A DNA stretch of 64,000 bases from Pachysolen tannophilus NRRL Y-2460 (Eukaryota). This document shows positions 46,740-56,773 of the stretch, piece after piece. Below the pieces are notes generated by a model. That model was given only the letters and a program-made list of their open reading frames with translations. It ran no database searches and was not told the DNA's origin. The position numbers and the translations under genes are program-made. The stretch covers positions 1,520,502 through 1,584,501 of the forward strand of contig KV454013.1 of NCBI GenBank assembly GCA_001661245.1, given 5' to 3'. Numbering within the stretch: position 1 is the stretch's first letter; the number at the start of each line of letters is the position of its first letter.

Positions 46740-47549
46740 ATGGCAAATTCTAGGTTTGAATATGTCAAGAATTTTGAGAGGGAGAATTATTTATTACCTG
46801 ATACGTATATAGTGGTTCGAGTTGATGGAAGAGGGTTTCATAAATTTTCCGATGAGTATAATTTTGAAAAACCTAATGATTTAAGAGCTTTAAATCTTAT
46901 GAATAAAGCAGCTATTAGTTTAATGAAAGAAATTCCAGAGATTGTTGTAGCTTATGGGGATAGTGATGAGTATTCTTTTTTGTTGAGGAAAGATTGTGAA
47001 TTATTTGAAAGGAGGGAAGCAAAATTAATTACAACTTTTAGTTCAAGTTTTAGTTCATATTATCAATTTTATTGGCTGGAATTTTTCGTTGAACCAGAAT
47101 CAATTTTAAAACCATATCGACTTCCAACATTTGATGCAAGAGCTGTTTGTTATCCTAATAGTGGGAAGATTAGAGATTATTTTAGTTGGAGACAAGTGGA
47201 TTGTCATATTAATAATTTGTATAATACCGTATTTTGGAATTTAGTATCAAAGGGTAATTTAACTCCAGAACAAGCAGAAAATAGGTTGATTGGTACTTTA
47301 GCATCAGATAAAAATGAAATATTGTTTAAAGAGTTTGCAATAAATTATAATAATGAACCTGAAATATTTAAAAAAGGTACTGTAATAGTAAGAGAATTAT
47401 CTAATTGGAAAAATGATCAAGAAAAAGTTATTAATACAGAATTAACTAAAAAAAATTTAAAAAATTTGAAGAAAGCTGATTTAAAATTATATCATACCGA
47501 TATAATAAATGATACTTTTTGGCAAGAAAGACCTTACTTGTTAATATAA
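46740..47549 (+). CDS. THG1: tRNA(His) guanylyltransferase
   Basis: MANSRFEYVK.FE, RVDGRGFHKFS, YGDSDEYSF, FDAR, WRQVDCHINNLYNT, NYNNEP. Confidence 0.97.
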   Translation: MANSRFEYVKNFERENYLLPDTYIVVRVDGRGFHKFSDEYNFEKPNDLRALNLMNKAAISLMKEIPEIVVAYGDSDEYSFLLRKDCELFERREAKLITTFSSSFSSYYQFYWLEFFVEPESILKPYRLPTFDARAVCYPNSGKIRDYFSWRQVDCHINNLYNTVFWNLVSKGNLTPEQAENRLIGTLASDKNEILFKEFAINYNNEPEIFKKGTVIVRELSNWKNDQEKVINTELTKKNLKNLKKADLKLYHTDIINDTFWQERPYLLI

Positions 47550-47840
47550 TAAAGCTAAAGATTGATAAGAGGAAAACTAACCTAACTCAACACTATAACG
47601 ACACTAATGACATGACATGCTACTGCACGACATATGCCACGACATATGTCACGGCGTATGTCACGTCACATTTGTCTGTCACTTTTCACTTTTCATTTTC
47701 ATTTTCATTTTCATTTTTATTTTTATTTTGTTTTCCTTTTTTTGGCATTTGTGTGTTTCTATCACACGACCCCTAAATCACATGATGTATGTCACTTTTG
47801 TTTTTTGTCATGTCGCTACTTTAATTGGTCGTGTTGCAAA

Positions 47841-47893
47841 TAATTAAATTTCCGAAAAAGGAAACTCATTATTTGTGGGCTTAAAAGACGCGT
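47841..47893 (+). promoter_or_regulatory. Yox1/Yhp1 site, Mcm1 ECB and MCB upstream of the CIP1-like gene
   Basis: TAATTA 47841-47846, TTTCCGAAAAAGGAAA 47849-47864 and ACGCGT 47888-47893. Confidence 0.65.
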
Positions 47894-48399
47894 CAATTTT
47901 TCATTTTAAATTTAATATAATATATATATATATATATTTGAATTAATTATATATAAAAGTATTTTCTTTTTTTTTTTTTTTCTTTTCTTGCTTTTGCTTT
48001 TTTCTCAGCATAGAATTTAATATATAAATATATTTAATTGAAATTAGATTTAGTATCATTAATTGCTGAGTTGGTATAGTTGGGTTGTGTATTTTTTTTA
48101 GATCCACTTATCATTTGCTCACATTTTTGCTTCTATTTATTTGCTTTTCTTTTTTTTCTTATTCTTCTAATTCAACAAGATACGTTTTTGCTAGTGAATT
48201 AATCACATTTTTCATCTTTATCATAAAAAAAAACTGTGCTAATTTTTATTTGCTTTGCTCAAAAAAAAAAAAAAAAAAAGTCAAAAAAAAAATTTAATTG
48301 ACAAGTCATTTTATTTTGCTAGTTTATTGAAAAATTGAAAAGAGGGTATTGTTTCATTAAAAAAAGAAAAGAAAAGAAAAGAATTTTATAATTTGAAAA

Positions 48400-49953
48400 A
48401 TGAAAACAGCTAGGCCAAATTTAACTATTCAGCTAAACAATTCGAGAAAGAATTCTTCATTGGATGTGACGCCAACAAATTCTAATACTGGGATTCTTAC
48501 ACCGGTTGACCAGACACTTTCGACTCCGTTGTATCCGCCACCTAATCCTCAGTATTTTCAACAACAGCATCATCATTTGCATTCACATTTACTGCACCAG
48601 CAACCAACAACCAATCAGCATTATTATCAACAACAGCAACAGCAGCAGCAGCAACAGGTTCAACAGCAGCAACAACAACAACAAGTTCAACAACAACAGG
48701 TTTCCGGTTTACTTGAGGATGAATTTGTCACACCAGTAGCAACTAGAAATAATTCAACTTTTTCATTTTGTTCTGATGAAGAAGGCGTTATGGATTATAG
48801 TCCTGTTTCATTTAGTAATAACCCTGTTTTAACAAGAAATTCATCGGTATGTTCGTCATTTGCTGGAGATCTTCATTTACCAAATATTAGCTTTACAAGA
48901 AACTTTGATAACTTGATAATATCAATCTATCAATCTTTTTTAAACAGACCAGAAGTAACACCTTTTAATCCAAAATTTCCACCTTCTGGAATTGTCTCAA
49001 AAGTAAGTAGAGAAGTTTTGGCTAAATCAATTACTGAAAAAATACAAATTGATTATAATTTTAAAAAAACAGAAGAATTATGCTTAACAAATAATAGAGC
49101 TTATACTTTGACAGTAATTAGAAAAAGATTATTAGAACTTTGTCATAATAGTAATAGTAATCAAGGATCATTTGATGACTCAGCATCGATCAATAGCATT
49201 AGTCAACAACAACAAAGACAACAATCAAATGGTAATTTACCTTCTATGCAAAGACAAAACTCAGTTTCAAGCCATCATAAACCTTCATGGTTACATTTAA
49301 ATAATGGGTTTACCATCAATAGATTATCATCAACAGATAGTTTAGTTGAGAGTGTGAATTTACCTGTGAATAATGGTGGTAATATTTCTTCTCAACCTGC
49401 ATCCAGACAATCTTCAATTCCAAGACTAAGCCATTTAAATTCTGCATTTAGTACTCCTCCTTCTTCATTATCTACAATGTCAATTGCTGATGATGATTTT
49501 TCATTTGAAGGTACTGGAATTTCCGCTCCATCACATAATATTGTTCGTCAAGATGTTTCATATTCATCTTTTTTACAACCACCAGTACTTCCATTTGTTC
49601 CAGGTGGATCCAATGGTGGTGTTCTGATGGGAGGAAATGGTATTATAAATGGTAGTAGCACAACACCTCCACCAACCACTAATGGGAATATGCAGTGTCC
49701 GCAACTGCATCAGCAGCATTTAGAATCACCATTCCATCCTACATTTAGTAGTAGCATTGCTAATAATGTCAATAATGGTTCTGTTTCTAGTCCTTTGAAT
49801 GAGTTTGCATTTAAAAATAGTCATCCTAAAAGAGATACAAAAGACTTGAATGGGAATGGGAATGGAAATGCGAATATTGAAGATGACCCATTGTATAATG
49901 CAACTGTTAATAGGAAAAGGGATAGTTTGATTAAGAAAAGAGGTGGAAGGTAG
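48400..49953 (+). CDS. CIP1: Cip1 (YPL014W)-like CDK inhibitor
   Basis: SFTRNF..LIISIYQ....P.VTPFNP..PPSGIVSKVS...LTVIRKRLLE and C-terminal RKRDSLIKKR match recalled Cip1 blocks; also a polyQ tract. Confidence 0.75.
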   Translation: MKTARPNLTIQLNNSRKNSSLDVTPTNSNTGILTPVDQTLSTPLYPPPNPQYFQQQHHHLHSHLLHQQPTTNQHYYQQQQQQQQQQVQQQQQQQQVQQQQVSGLLEDEFVTPVATRNNSTFSFCSDEEGVMDYSPVSFSNNPVLTRNSSVCSSFAGDLHLPNISFTRNFDNLIISIYQSFLNRPEVTPFNPKFPPSGIVSKVSREVLAKSITEKIQIDYNFKKTEELCLTNNRAYTLTVIRKRLLELCHNSNSNQGSFDDSASINSISQQQQRQQSNGNLPSMQRQNSVSSHHKPSWLHLNNGFTINRLSSTDSLVESVNLPVNNGGNISSQPASRQSSIPRLSHLNSAFSTPPSSLSTMSIADDDFSFEGTGISAPSHNIVRQDVSYSSFLQPPVLPFVPGGSNGGVLMGGNGIINGSSTTPPPTTNGNMQCPQLHQQHLESPFHPTFSSSIANNVNNGSVSSPLNEFAFKNSHPKRDTKDLNGNGNGNANIEDDPLYNATVNRKRDSLIKKRGGR

Positions 49954-50933
49954 AGAGATAGGTAGGTAAATAGGTAGGTTGAAAACTAACATTTTAAAAC
50001 TCTGTATTATTGAGTTTTTATATCTTAATAAAGGAAAGTGAGAGAGACAAGAGAAAAGTGAGATTTTTAAAAGATCGAAAGAAAAAAAAAAAAAAAAAAA
50101 AGAAATTATTACAAAAGCATTTAAACAAAAAAAAAAAAATATTTGAGACAGTTTTTTTTTTTTTTTTTTTTTTTTTTCATTTTTGATTTGAAGAAAGAAG
50201 GTTGGGTTCCTTTATTCTAATTCTTTCCTTATTATTACAGATGTGTACTGATTAGTTTTTAAGTTAAAGTTACTGTTTTTTTTTGTTTTTTTTGTTCTCA
50301 TTTTCATACATTTTTTATATATACATTTGATTTGATTTCAACTGGTTCATTTTCATTATTTTTTTTTTATATTTTTTTTTTGTTCCTACCGGTATTATTA
50401 ATATTTTAAGTCCCTCATTTTAACTTCATTATTTTATTTTTTTTTTTTTTTTTTTGTTTTAATTATTTTGGTTTCAAAATATTGTAAGTTAACTCATCAT
50501 ATTCATTATAAAATTTCGTACAAACAAAGACGTAATTAAGGTATTATTGCTATTTACTATTTTTGACGATTTCTAAATTCATCTTAACTATTATTACGTC
50601 AATCAATTTTTTTTTTGCTTGGAAACCGGTTCCTGAAACTGTGCTTTCAATACATGTAAAACATCCCTTTTTGCAGAATTATCAACTTTCTTTTTTTTTT
50701 TTTGACTTCTTTTACCGGTTACGTAATTAGTTACTTTCTAACCTTTTTTCATTTCATTTAAATTTATTCAATTTAAATTTATTTATTTATTTATTTATTT
50801 ATTTTATTTTTCACTTTATTATTTCTCTAATTATTACAATTATAGATGGAATGAGGCAGTTCAGTAAACCTTATTATCGAGTAAATTTTTTTTCTGAAAC
50901 ACTTAAACACCAATAAAGTTGTTCTAGTCCAAC

Positions 50934-51306
50934 NNNNNNNNNNNNNNNNNNNNNNNNNNNNNNNNNNNNNNNNNNNNNNNNNNNNNNNNNNNNNNNNNNN
51001 NNNNNNNNNNNNNNNNNNNNNNNNNNNNNNNNNNNNNNNNNNNNNNNNNNNNNNNNNNNNNNNNNNNNNNNNNNNNNNNNNNNNNNNNNNNNNNNNNNNN
51101 NNNNNNNNNNNNNNNNNNNNNNNNNNNNNNNNNNNNNNNNNNNNNNNNNNNNNNNNNNNNNNNNNNNNNNNNNNNNNNNNNNNNNNNNNNNNNNNNNNNN
51201 NNNNNNNNNNNNNNNNNNNNNNNNNNNNNNNNNNNNNNNNNNNNNNNNNNNNNNNNNNNNNNNNNNNNNNNNNNNNNNNNNNNNNNNNNNNNNNNNNNNN
51301 NNNNNN
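50934..51306. other. Assembly gap with duplicated flanks
   Basis: N-run; about 50690-50933 is repeated, with homopolymer differences, at about 51307-51554. Confidence 0.95.
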
Positions 51307-52542
51307 CTTTTTTTTTTTTTTTTTTTGACTTCTTTTACCGGTTACGTAATTAGTTACTTTCAACCTTTTTTCATTTCATTTAAATTTATTCAATTTAAAT
51401 TTATTTATTTATTTATTTATTTATTTATTTTTCACTTTATTATTTCTCTAATTATTACAATTATAGATGGAATGAGGCAGTTCAGTAAACCTTATTATCG
51501 AGAAATTTTTTTTCTGAAACACTTAAAACACCAATAAAAGTTGTTCTAGTCCAACTTTATTCATTTTACCTTTACAGTGGCGGTACCTTAATTTGACGAT
51601 CCTCCGTCCATCACTATATACTGTTACCCTATTAGGTAGTAAATAATATTTTTTACTTTACGCTTCTCTAAGGATACCAAGGAAAGAAAAGTACCGTTGC
51701 TAGTCAAATTATAGTGGATCGCCAAAATAAAAATAAATAAAAATAGGCCATCACACAGTAGGACCCCTTCCCTGCGAGTCCCCTGCTTATTTTACAAGGA
51801 AAAGCATGCCATTTCCAACAAGACACCGTAAAACTCCAGGCCGCGAACGTGGAGGTACTATTTACAAATTACTGTAAAAAAAAATTAAAAAAATTAAAAA
51901 AATGAATCACGTAATAAGCTTTTGATCGCTTATGCATAAATATGCCTTCATATGCACATTTATGCACCGACCCTTTAAATGGACGACGTCGAGTTTTTTT
52001 GGGCCGAAAACTAGCCATCTCAAAATTATGAGGTTCTAGTGTTAGAAGTTTGCTTTCCAGTTATTTTTTTTTTTAGGGTTCACACAGTTAATTGCGTGAG
52101 CTTTGAAATTTTTTTGTTTTTTTGCTTTTTTGATTTGTTAAAATCAGCAAGGTGAATGCAGCTCAAAAAAGCTTATATTTGATTCACAGTTTCTAAAAAT
52201 AAATCGAAAGTAGATGTACCGGATATAATTCTTTCCATTTATGTTCTTCGAAGGTAATTAAAGAAGATATAAAAGTTGGACCCTTTCACGGTGCTTTCAA
52301 AAATTAATTCACTTTTTTTTTTTTCTTTTTTGTTAATAATTGAAAATTAGAGAAACAGTTCTGGAAAGGAAAAAAAAAACAAAATTAAAAACTAATTTAT
52401 TAACTAGACGTTAAAAAATCAATTCACGTTCGTTCTCTTTTTATTATAAATATAGCTTTAGATTAATATTTGAAAAGGTTTTTAGAGACACTACAGTAAT
52501 AATTAATATCATATAATAATATACATTTACAATATTTAAAAA

Positions 52543-53262
52543 ATGTCAGTTTCAATTTTCGGATCTTCGGCAATTGCATTTGCAGCTTTTTCCCAATTAT
52601 CACAATTTGCCGTTGCTGCTACCACTGCTGATGTAGTTGGTGCACAAAGTGATGGTCAACCAACAGAAAATCTGAGCTCAACTGAAACTGCTACTTCTAC
52701 CGAGTCTACGACAGCTGAAACTTCTTCAACTGAAGCAGCTACCGAAACCACTTCGAGTGCTGCTGAATTGGTTGGTGCTCAATCCGACGGACAACCAACG
52801 GAGAATCTGAGCTCAACTACAGCCGAGGCTACATCTACCAAGGCTTCTTCTACTGAAGCTGCTGAAGAAACTACTTCGAGTGCTGCTGAATTGGTTGGTG
52901 CCCAATCGGATGGTCAACCAACGGAGGGCCTGAGCTCGGCTACTACTACTACTGCTGCTGCTGCTGAATCTACTTCAAGTGTCAGTGAGTTGGTTGGCGC
53001 TCAATCTGATGGTCAACCAACGGAAGGTCTGACTTCCACCACTGCTGCTGTCGCTGCTGCCGCTGCCTCATCATTATTAGGCTCGTCTGCCACTGCTACT
53101 ACTTTGACTAGTGCTAAGGCTGCTCTGTCCACTGTTGCCAGTATTAGCAACTCCACATCAGGTGCTACAAGAATGTCTTTAGTGGATAAGAAGTCTAGTT
53201 GGAAGAATAGTATTTTTATTGGTGGTGTCTTGGGTTTCACGGTCATTTTGAGTTCATTATAA
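52543..53262 (+). CDS. Ser/Thr/Ala-rich cell-wall protein with four PIR-like repeats and a probable GPI signal
   Basis: Hydrophobic N-terminus, four copies of VGAQSDGQPTE, then NSTSGA and a hydrophobic C-terminus IFIGGVLGFTVILSSL. Confidence 0.85.
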   Translation: MSVSIFGSSAIAFAAFSQLSQFAVAATTADVVGAQSDGQPTENLSSTETATSTESTTAETSSTEAATETTSSAAELVGAQSDGQPTENLSSTTAEATSTKASSTEAAEETTSSAAELVGAQSDGQPTEGLSSATTTTAAAAESTSSVSELVGAQSDGQPTEGLTSTTAAVAAAAASSLLGSSATATTLTSAKAALSTVASISNSTSGATRMSLVDKKSSWKNSIFIGGVLGFTVILSSL

Positions 53263-53612
53263 GGTTGATCCTTTTAGAATAAAGAGTCAATTGAAAACAC
53301 TCTTTTTTAATGAAATTTGAAAAAAAAATTGAAAGAACAGTTGGGGTTTATTTATTTTTCTGCCTTATTTGTTTTCTTTTATATCGTTTATGGTTTTTAT
53401 GGAATGTTTATATATAATTCAAAAAAAAAAAAATTGAATAAAAGTTATTTTAAAATCAAATTTATTTAGTTGTAGTAAAACATCAGAAAATACGAAAAAA
53501 AAAAACATCAAAACCAAATACACATGATAATAAAATGCAACGAACAACGAACAATGAACAATGAACAAAAAAATCAAAAATTTAAAAATCAAAATACATT
53601 TACATAAAACAT

Positions 53613-55607
53613 TCAAACAATATTATGCACTTCCCTAAAGGTGGTGTCCTTTTCCTTTTTACCCTTACTGTTCAAACGATGCAATTCGACATCGTAAGCA
53701 ATACCCGTACTACTGCTATTACTATTACTATCATTATTTCCCTTTGCTGACATCATTTCTGATTTTTCTCTCAGAATTCTATTTGGATCAATTTCACCAT
53801 GTAATCTTTCGGCCAATGATTCCAAAGTTTGTCTCTTTGTTTCTGGTAATAATAAACTTGTAAATATACCAATAAACATAAATAAAGCAAAGATTTCCAT
53901 GACATGAGGTAAAAAACAATTTTCATCATCTGATGAACAACCATGATCGATTAAAGTTCCTAAAGCACATTGTGCGACAATAGCACCTAATTTACCAGAT
54001 GCTGATGAAATTCCGTGAGCAGTTGATCTATATTTTGAAGGAAAACATTCTGCAGAGATGATATATGTAGTTGCATTAGGTCCGAAATTTTCAAAAAATT
54101 GAGCCAAGACATATAATGCAAATAAACCTTTTTCACCTAAATCTTCATAAGCAAACCCAATAAGACAAAATATAATTGTCATGATTATAAATCCACAAGT
54201 TGTAATGATTTTTCTTCCAATTATATCTACGGTGAAAACAGTAAACCAATAACCTGGAATAGAACCAGCACAAATCAAAATCAAGTTACCTGAGCAAACA
54301 TTATATAAAGTCTCATAGATATTAGCATCTGAAGAAAATCCAATTGCTTGTAAAATAACAGCTGTATTCAAACCTAAACCATAAAAGGCAACATCCAACA
54401 TGAACCAAGAACCGGCTGTACCAATTAAAATTTTACCGTATTTCCATTGCTTAAAATGATCATAAAATTCTTTTAAAGTACCCAGCTGATTTTCATTTTT
54501 ATCAGGCGAAGCGGACGATGTGGCTACTGGTGCAACAGATTGAGGATTGGCGGAATCGGAAGCAAAAGTTACGTTAGGAGCAGCGGAAGATGACGATGGA
54601 TATGACTGCTCTATGCGATCTGCACTGTTATTACCACTACCACTACCGCTGCCACTTCCACTGCCACTACCACTTCCATTGCCGTTAACATTACCATTAT
54701 CATTATCATCACCACTACCATTACTAGACCCTGAACCATTGCTGTACCCTGTAATTGCTGTAACTTTCATATTATATTCTTCCTCTTCCAATTCTTTTTC
54801 TGCTGCTTGTTCCAATTCATTTAATTGGTATCTTGGTGATGCAGGAATGGTCAATCTATAGTATAAAGCCAAAGAACCTGGAATTGCTCCAAACCCAATC
54901 AAAACCCTCCACATTTGATCAATTGCCTTACGACAATTATCAGTGCATTCCAATGCTGTTTTAGCATCAACCAAATCGTCTTTCCAAGCTCTGACACAAA
55001 CAACAGAAACAATACCAGCTAATAACTGTCCCCAACCTTGATTTGCGAAAACTGCACCAATAATTGCACCTCTATATTTAGTAGTAGCAAATTCTGAAGT
55101 AATAACTGATGAAGTTGGATAATCAGCACCAATACCAATTCCCATAATAATTCTCCAAAAAGTTAATAATGGAACAAAACCAATAGCATATGAATGACCA
55201 ATGGTACATTGGAAAATTGTAGCAGTAATCATAATAATAAGTTCTGAACCATAAATTCTATGTCTACCAACCATATCAGCCAATCTTCCAAAACCCAACT
55301 GTCCAATAACCGTTCCTACTGAGGTGGAAACCTTTAATAATGTAGAAGTTGATGAAGGAATTTTTGCATCTTCCCAATATACATATGCCATCATAGTAAC
55401 AGCTAAATTAATAGCAAATATATCATATGCATCAGTAAGAAAACCAACACCACCAACACAAATTGCTCTTACATGGTACCAACTGAAACTAGCATTATCT
55501 ATTTTTTCTAAAGCCAATCTTCTTCTCTCAAGAGGATCTGTAACATCAGCAAAATCGCTGGTAAAATCACGGAAAGCTGCATTACCATTATTGGTCCCTC
55601 CAGCCAT
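53613..55607 (-). CDS. PHO84: High-affinity phosphate:H+ symporter
   Basis: DPLERRRLAL..ID, GFLTDAYDIF, GIGADYP.SS.ITSEFA, FANQGWG, GSWFMLDVAFYG, NFGPNATT, RSTAHGISSASGK. Confidence 0.93.
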   Translation of the reverse strand: MAGGTNNGNAAFRDFTSDFADVTDPLERRRLALEKIDNASFSWYHVRAICVGGVGFLTDAYDIFAINLAVTMMAYVYWEDAKIPSSTSTLLKVSTSVGTVIGQLGFGRLADMVGRHRIYGSELIIMITATIFQCTIGHSYAIGFVPLLTFWRIIMGIGIGADYPTSSVITSEFATTKYRGAIIGAVFANQGWGQLLAGIVSVVCVRAWKDDLVDAKTALECTDNCRKAIDQMWRVLIGFGAIPGSLALYYRLTIPASPRYQLNELEQAAEKELEEEEYNMKVTAITGYSNGSGSSNGSGDDNDNGNVNGNGSGSGSGSGSGSGSGNNSADRIEQSYPSSSSAAPNVTFASDSANPQSVAPVATSSASPDKNENQLGTLKEFYDHFKQWKYGKILIGTAGSWFMLDVAFYGLGLNTAVILQAIGFSSDANIYETLYNVCSGNLILICAGSIPGYWFTVFTVDIIGRKIITTCGFIIMTIIFCLIGFAYEDLGEKGLFALYVLAQFFENFGPNATTYIISAECFPSKYRSTAHGISSASGKLGAIVAQCALGTLIDHGCSSDDENCFLPHVMEIFALFMFIGIFTSLLLPETKRQTLESLAERLHGEIDPNRILREKSEMMSAKGNNDSNSNSSSTGIAYDVELHRLNSKGKKEKDTTFREVHNIV

Positions 55608-56140
55608 TATAAAGAGCTATAAAAATAGTATATGAAAACTGTTTAAAAGTAAAAAAAACTTTTATAAAAAGTTTATTTTATTTTTATAAAAAAAAAAATT
55701 TACAAAATTTTTAATCGTTGGATGCTGCTCAGCTTTTATATATATCAGATGCAAAGTAATCAGAAAATTTTTTCTTTTTTTTCTTCCCAAATACTCTGTT
55801 TCTTATCAAAAAATATAATTTGGTAATTCAATATTAATTATAAAAAGCAAACAAGCAATATATATACAAATCGATAATACTTTCCTCTAGTCAATGTTAT
55901 ATATATATGTCACATGAGACAAGATGATGAAATGTTTCCTCTTTAGCCTATAGCTCGTGTGATACTTTTTCATTTGAAAATGAAGAAAAAAAAGCGAAAA
56001 ACTTACTTATTGTGAGAAGAAGAAAAAGTGAAAAAAAAAAGAAAAGTTTAAACAATAACGGGACATTTTAATCTTGTTTAGTTAGTGTAAATGCATAAAT
56101 TCTTTAGTACCGGTACCAATAGAACCGGTATTATTGATGT

Positions 56141-56150
56141 CCCACGTGGG
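56141..56150. promoter_or_regulatory. Pho4-type E-box upstream of PHO84
   Basis: Palindrome CCCACGTGGG about 535 bp upstream of the PHO84 ATG. Confidence 0.65.
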
Positions 56151-56773
56151 GGTTCATTAAATGAGCTAGTTGAAATTTTTTTTTTTTTTTTTTTCCCTGT
56201 TCCAGCTGCAAGACTAGATTTTTAACCGTATGGCAGATCTAAGATATACTGCACGGTCTAATAAGAAGTAAAGAAAGAAAGAAGGAAAGAAAGAAAGAAA
56301 GAAAGAAAAGAGAAGAAAAAGAAAAATAAAAATAAGAAAAAAAAAAAAAAAAGTATTTCCCATTACGGAAATCGGCTCTGACTCTGACTTCTTTAAGTAG
56401 TAATTATCTTTTTAAATTCCTAAACCAGTAATATATCTGTTTTTGGAAAAACGTAAGTTTTTATTTTCTTTTTTTGAATGTTTGTTCGTTCCTACACGAC
56501 AAACTGAGTTTCTCTCTCTCTTTTTTCTCTCTTTTTTTTTTTTTTTTTTTAAAAAAAAATTTATTATAAAATTATAAAAATTTTCTGTGTCTAAATTGGA
56601 TTGGTGTACAGATTAGATAGTTAACCGTCAATATTACCGCTGTTACAATTTAGCAACTAGGTAATAATCAAATGAATGAATGAATGAATGGTTTGCTTGC
56701 TTGTGTGAATAATCATTATAAGAAGAAATTTCATTGGCATCCGGAATTTTGTGAAAATATAATACTATCGCTA

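Noticed and set aside
50827..51363. 178-aa ORF
   Set aside because: It spans the N-gap and is an artefact.
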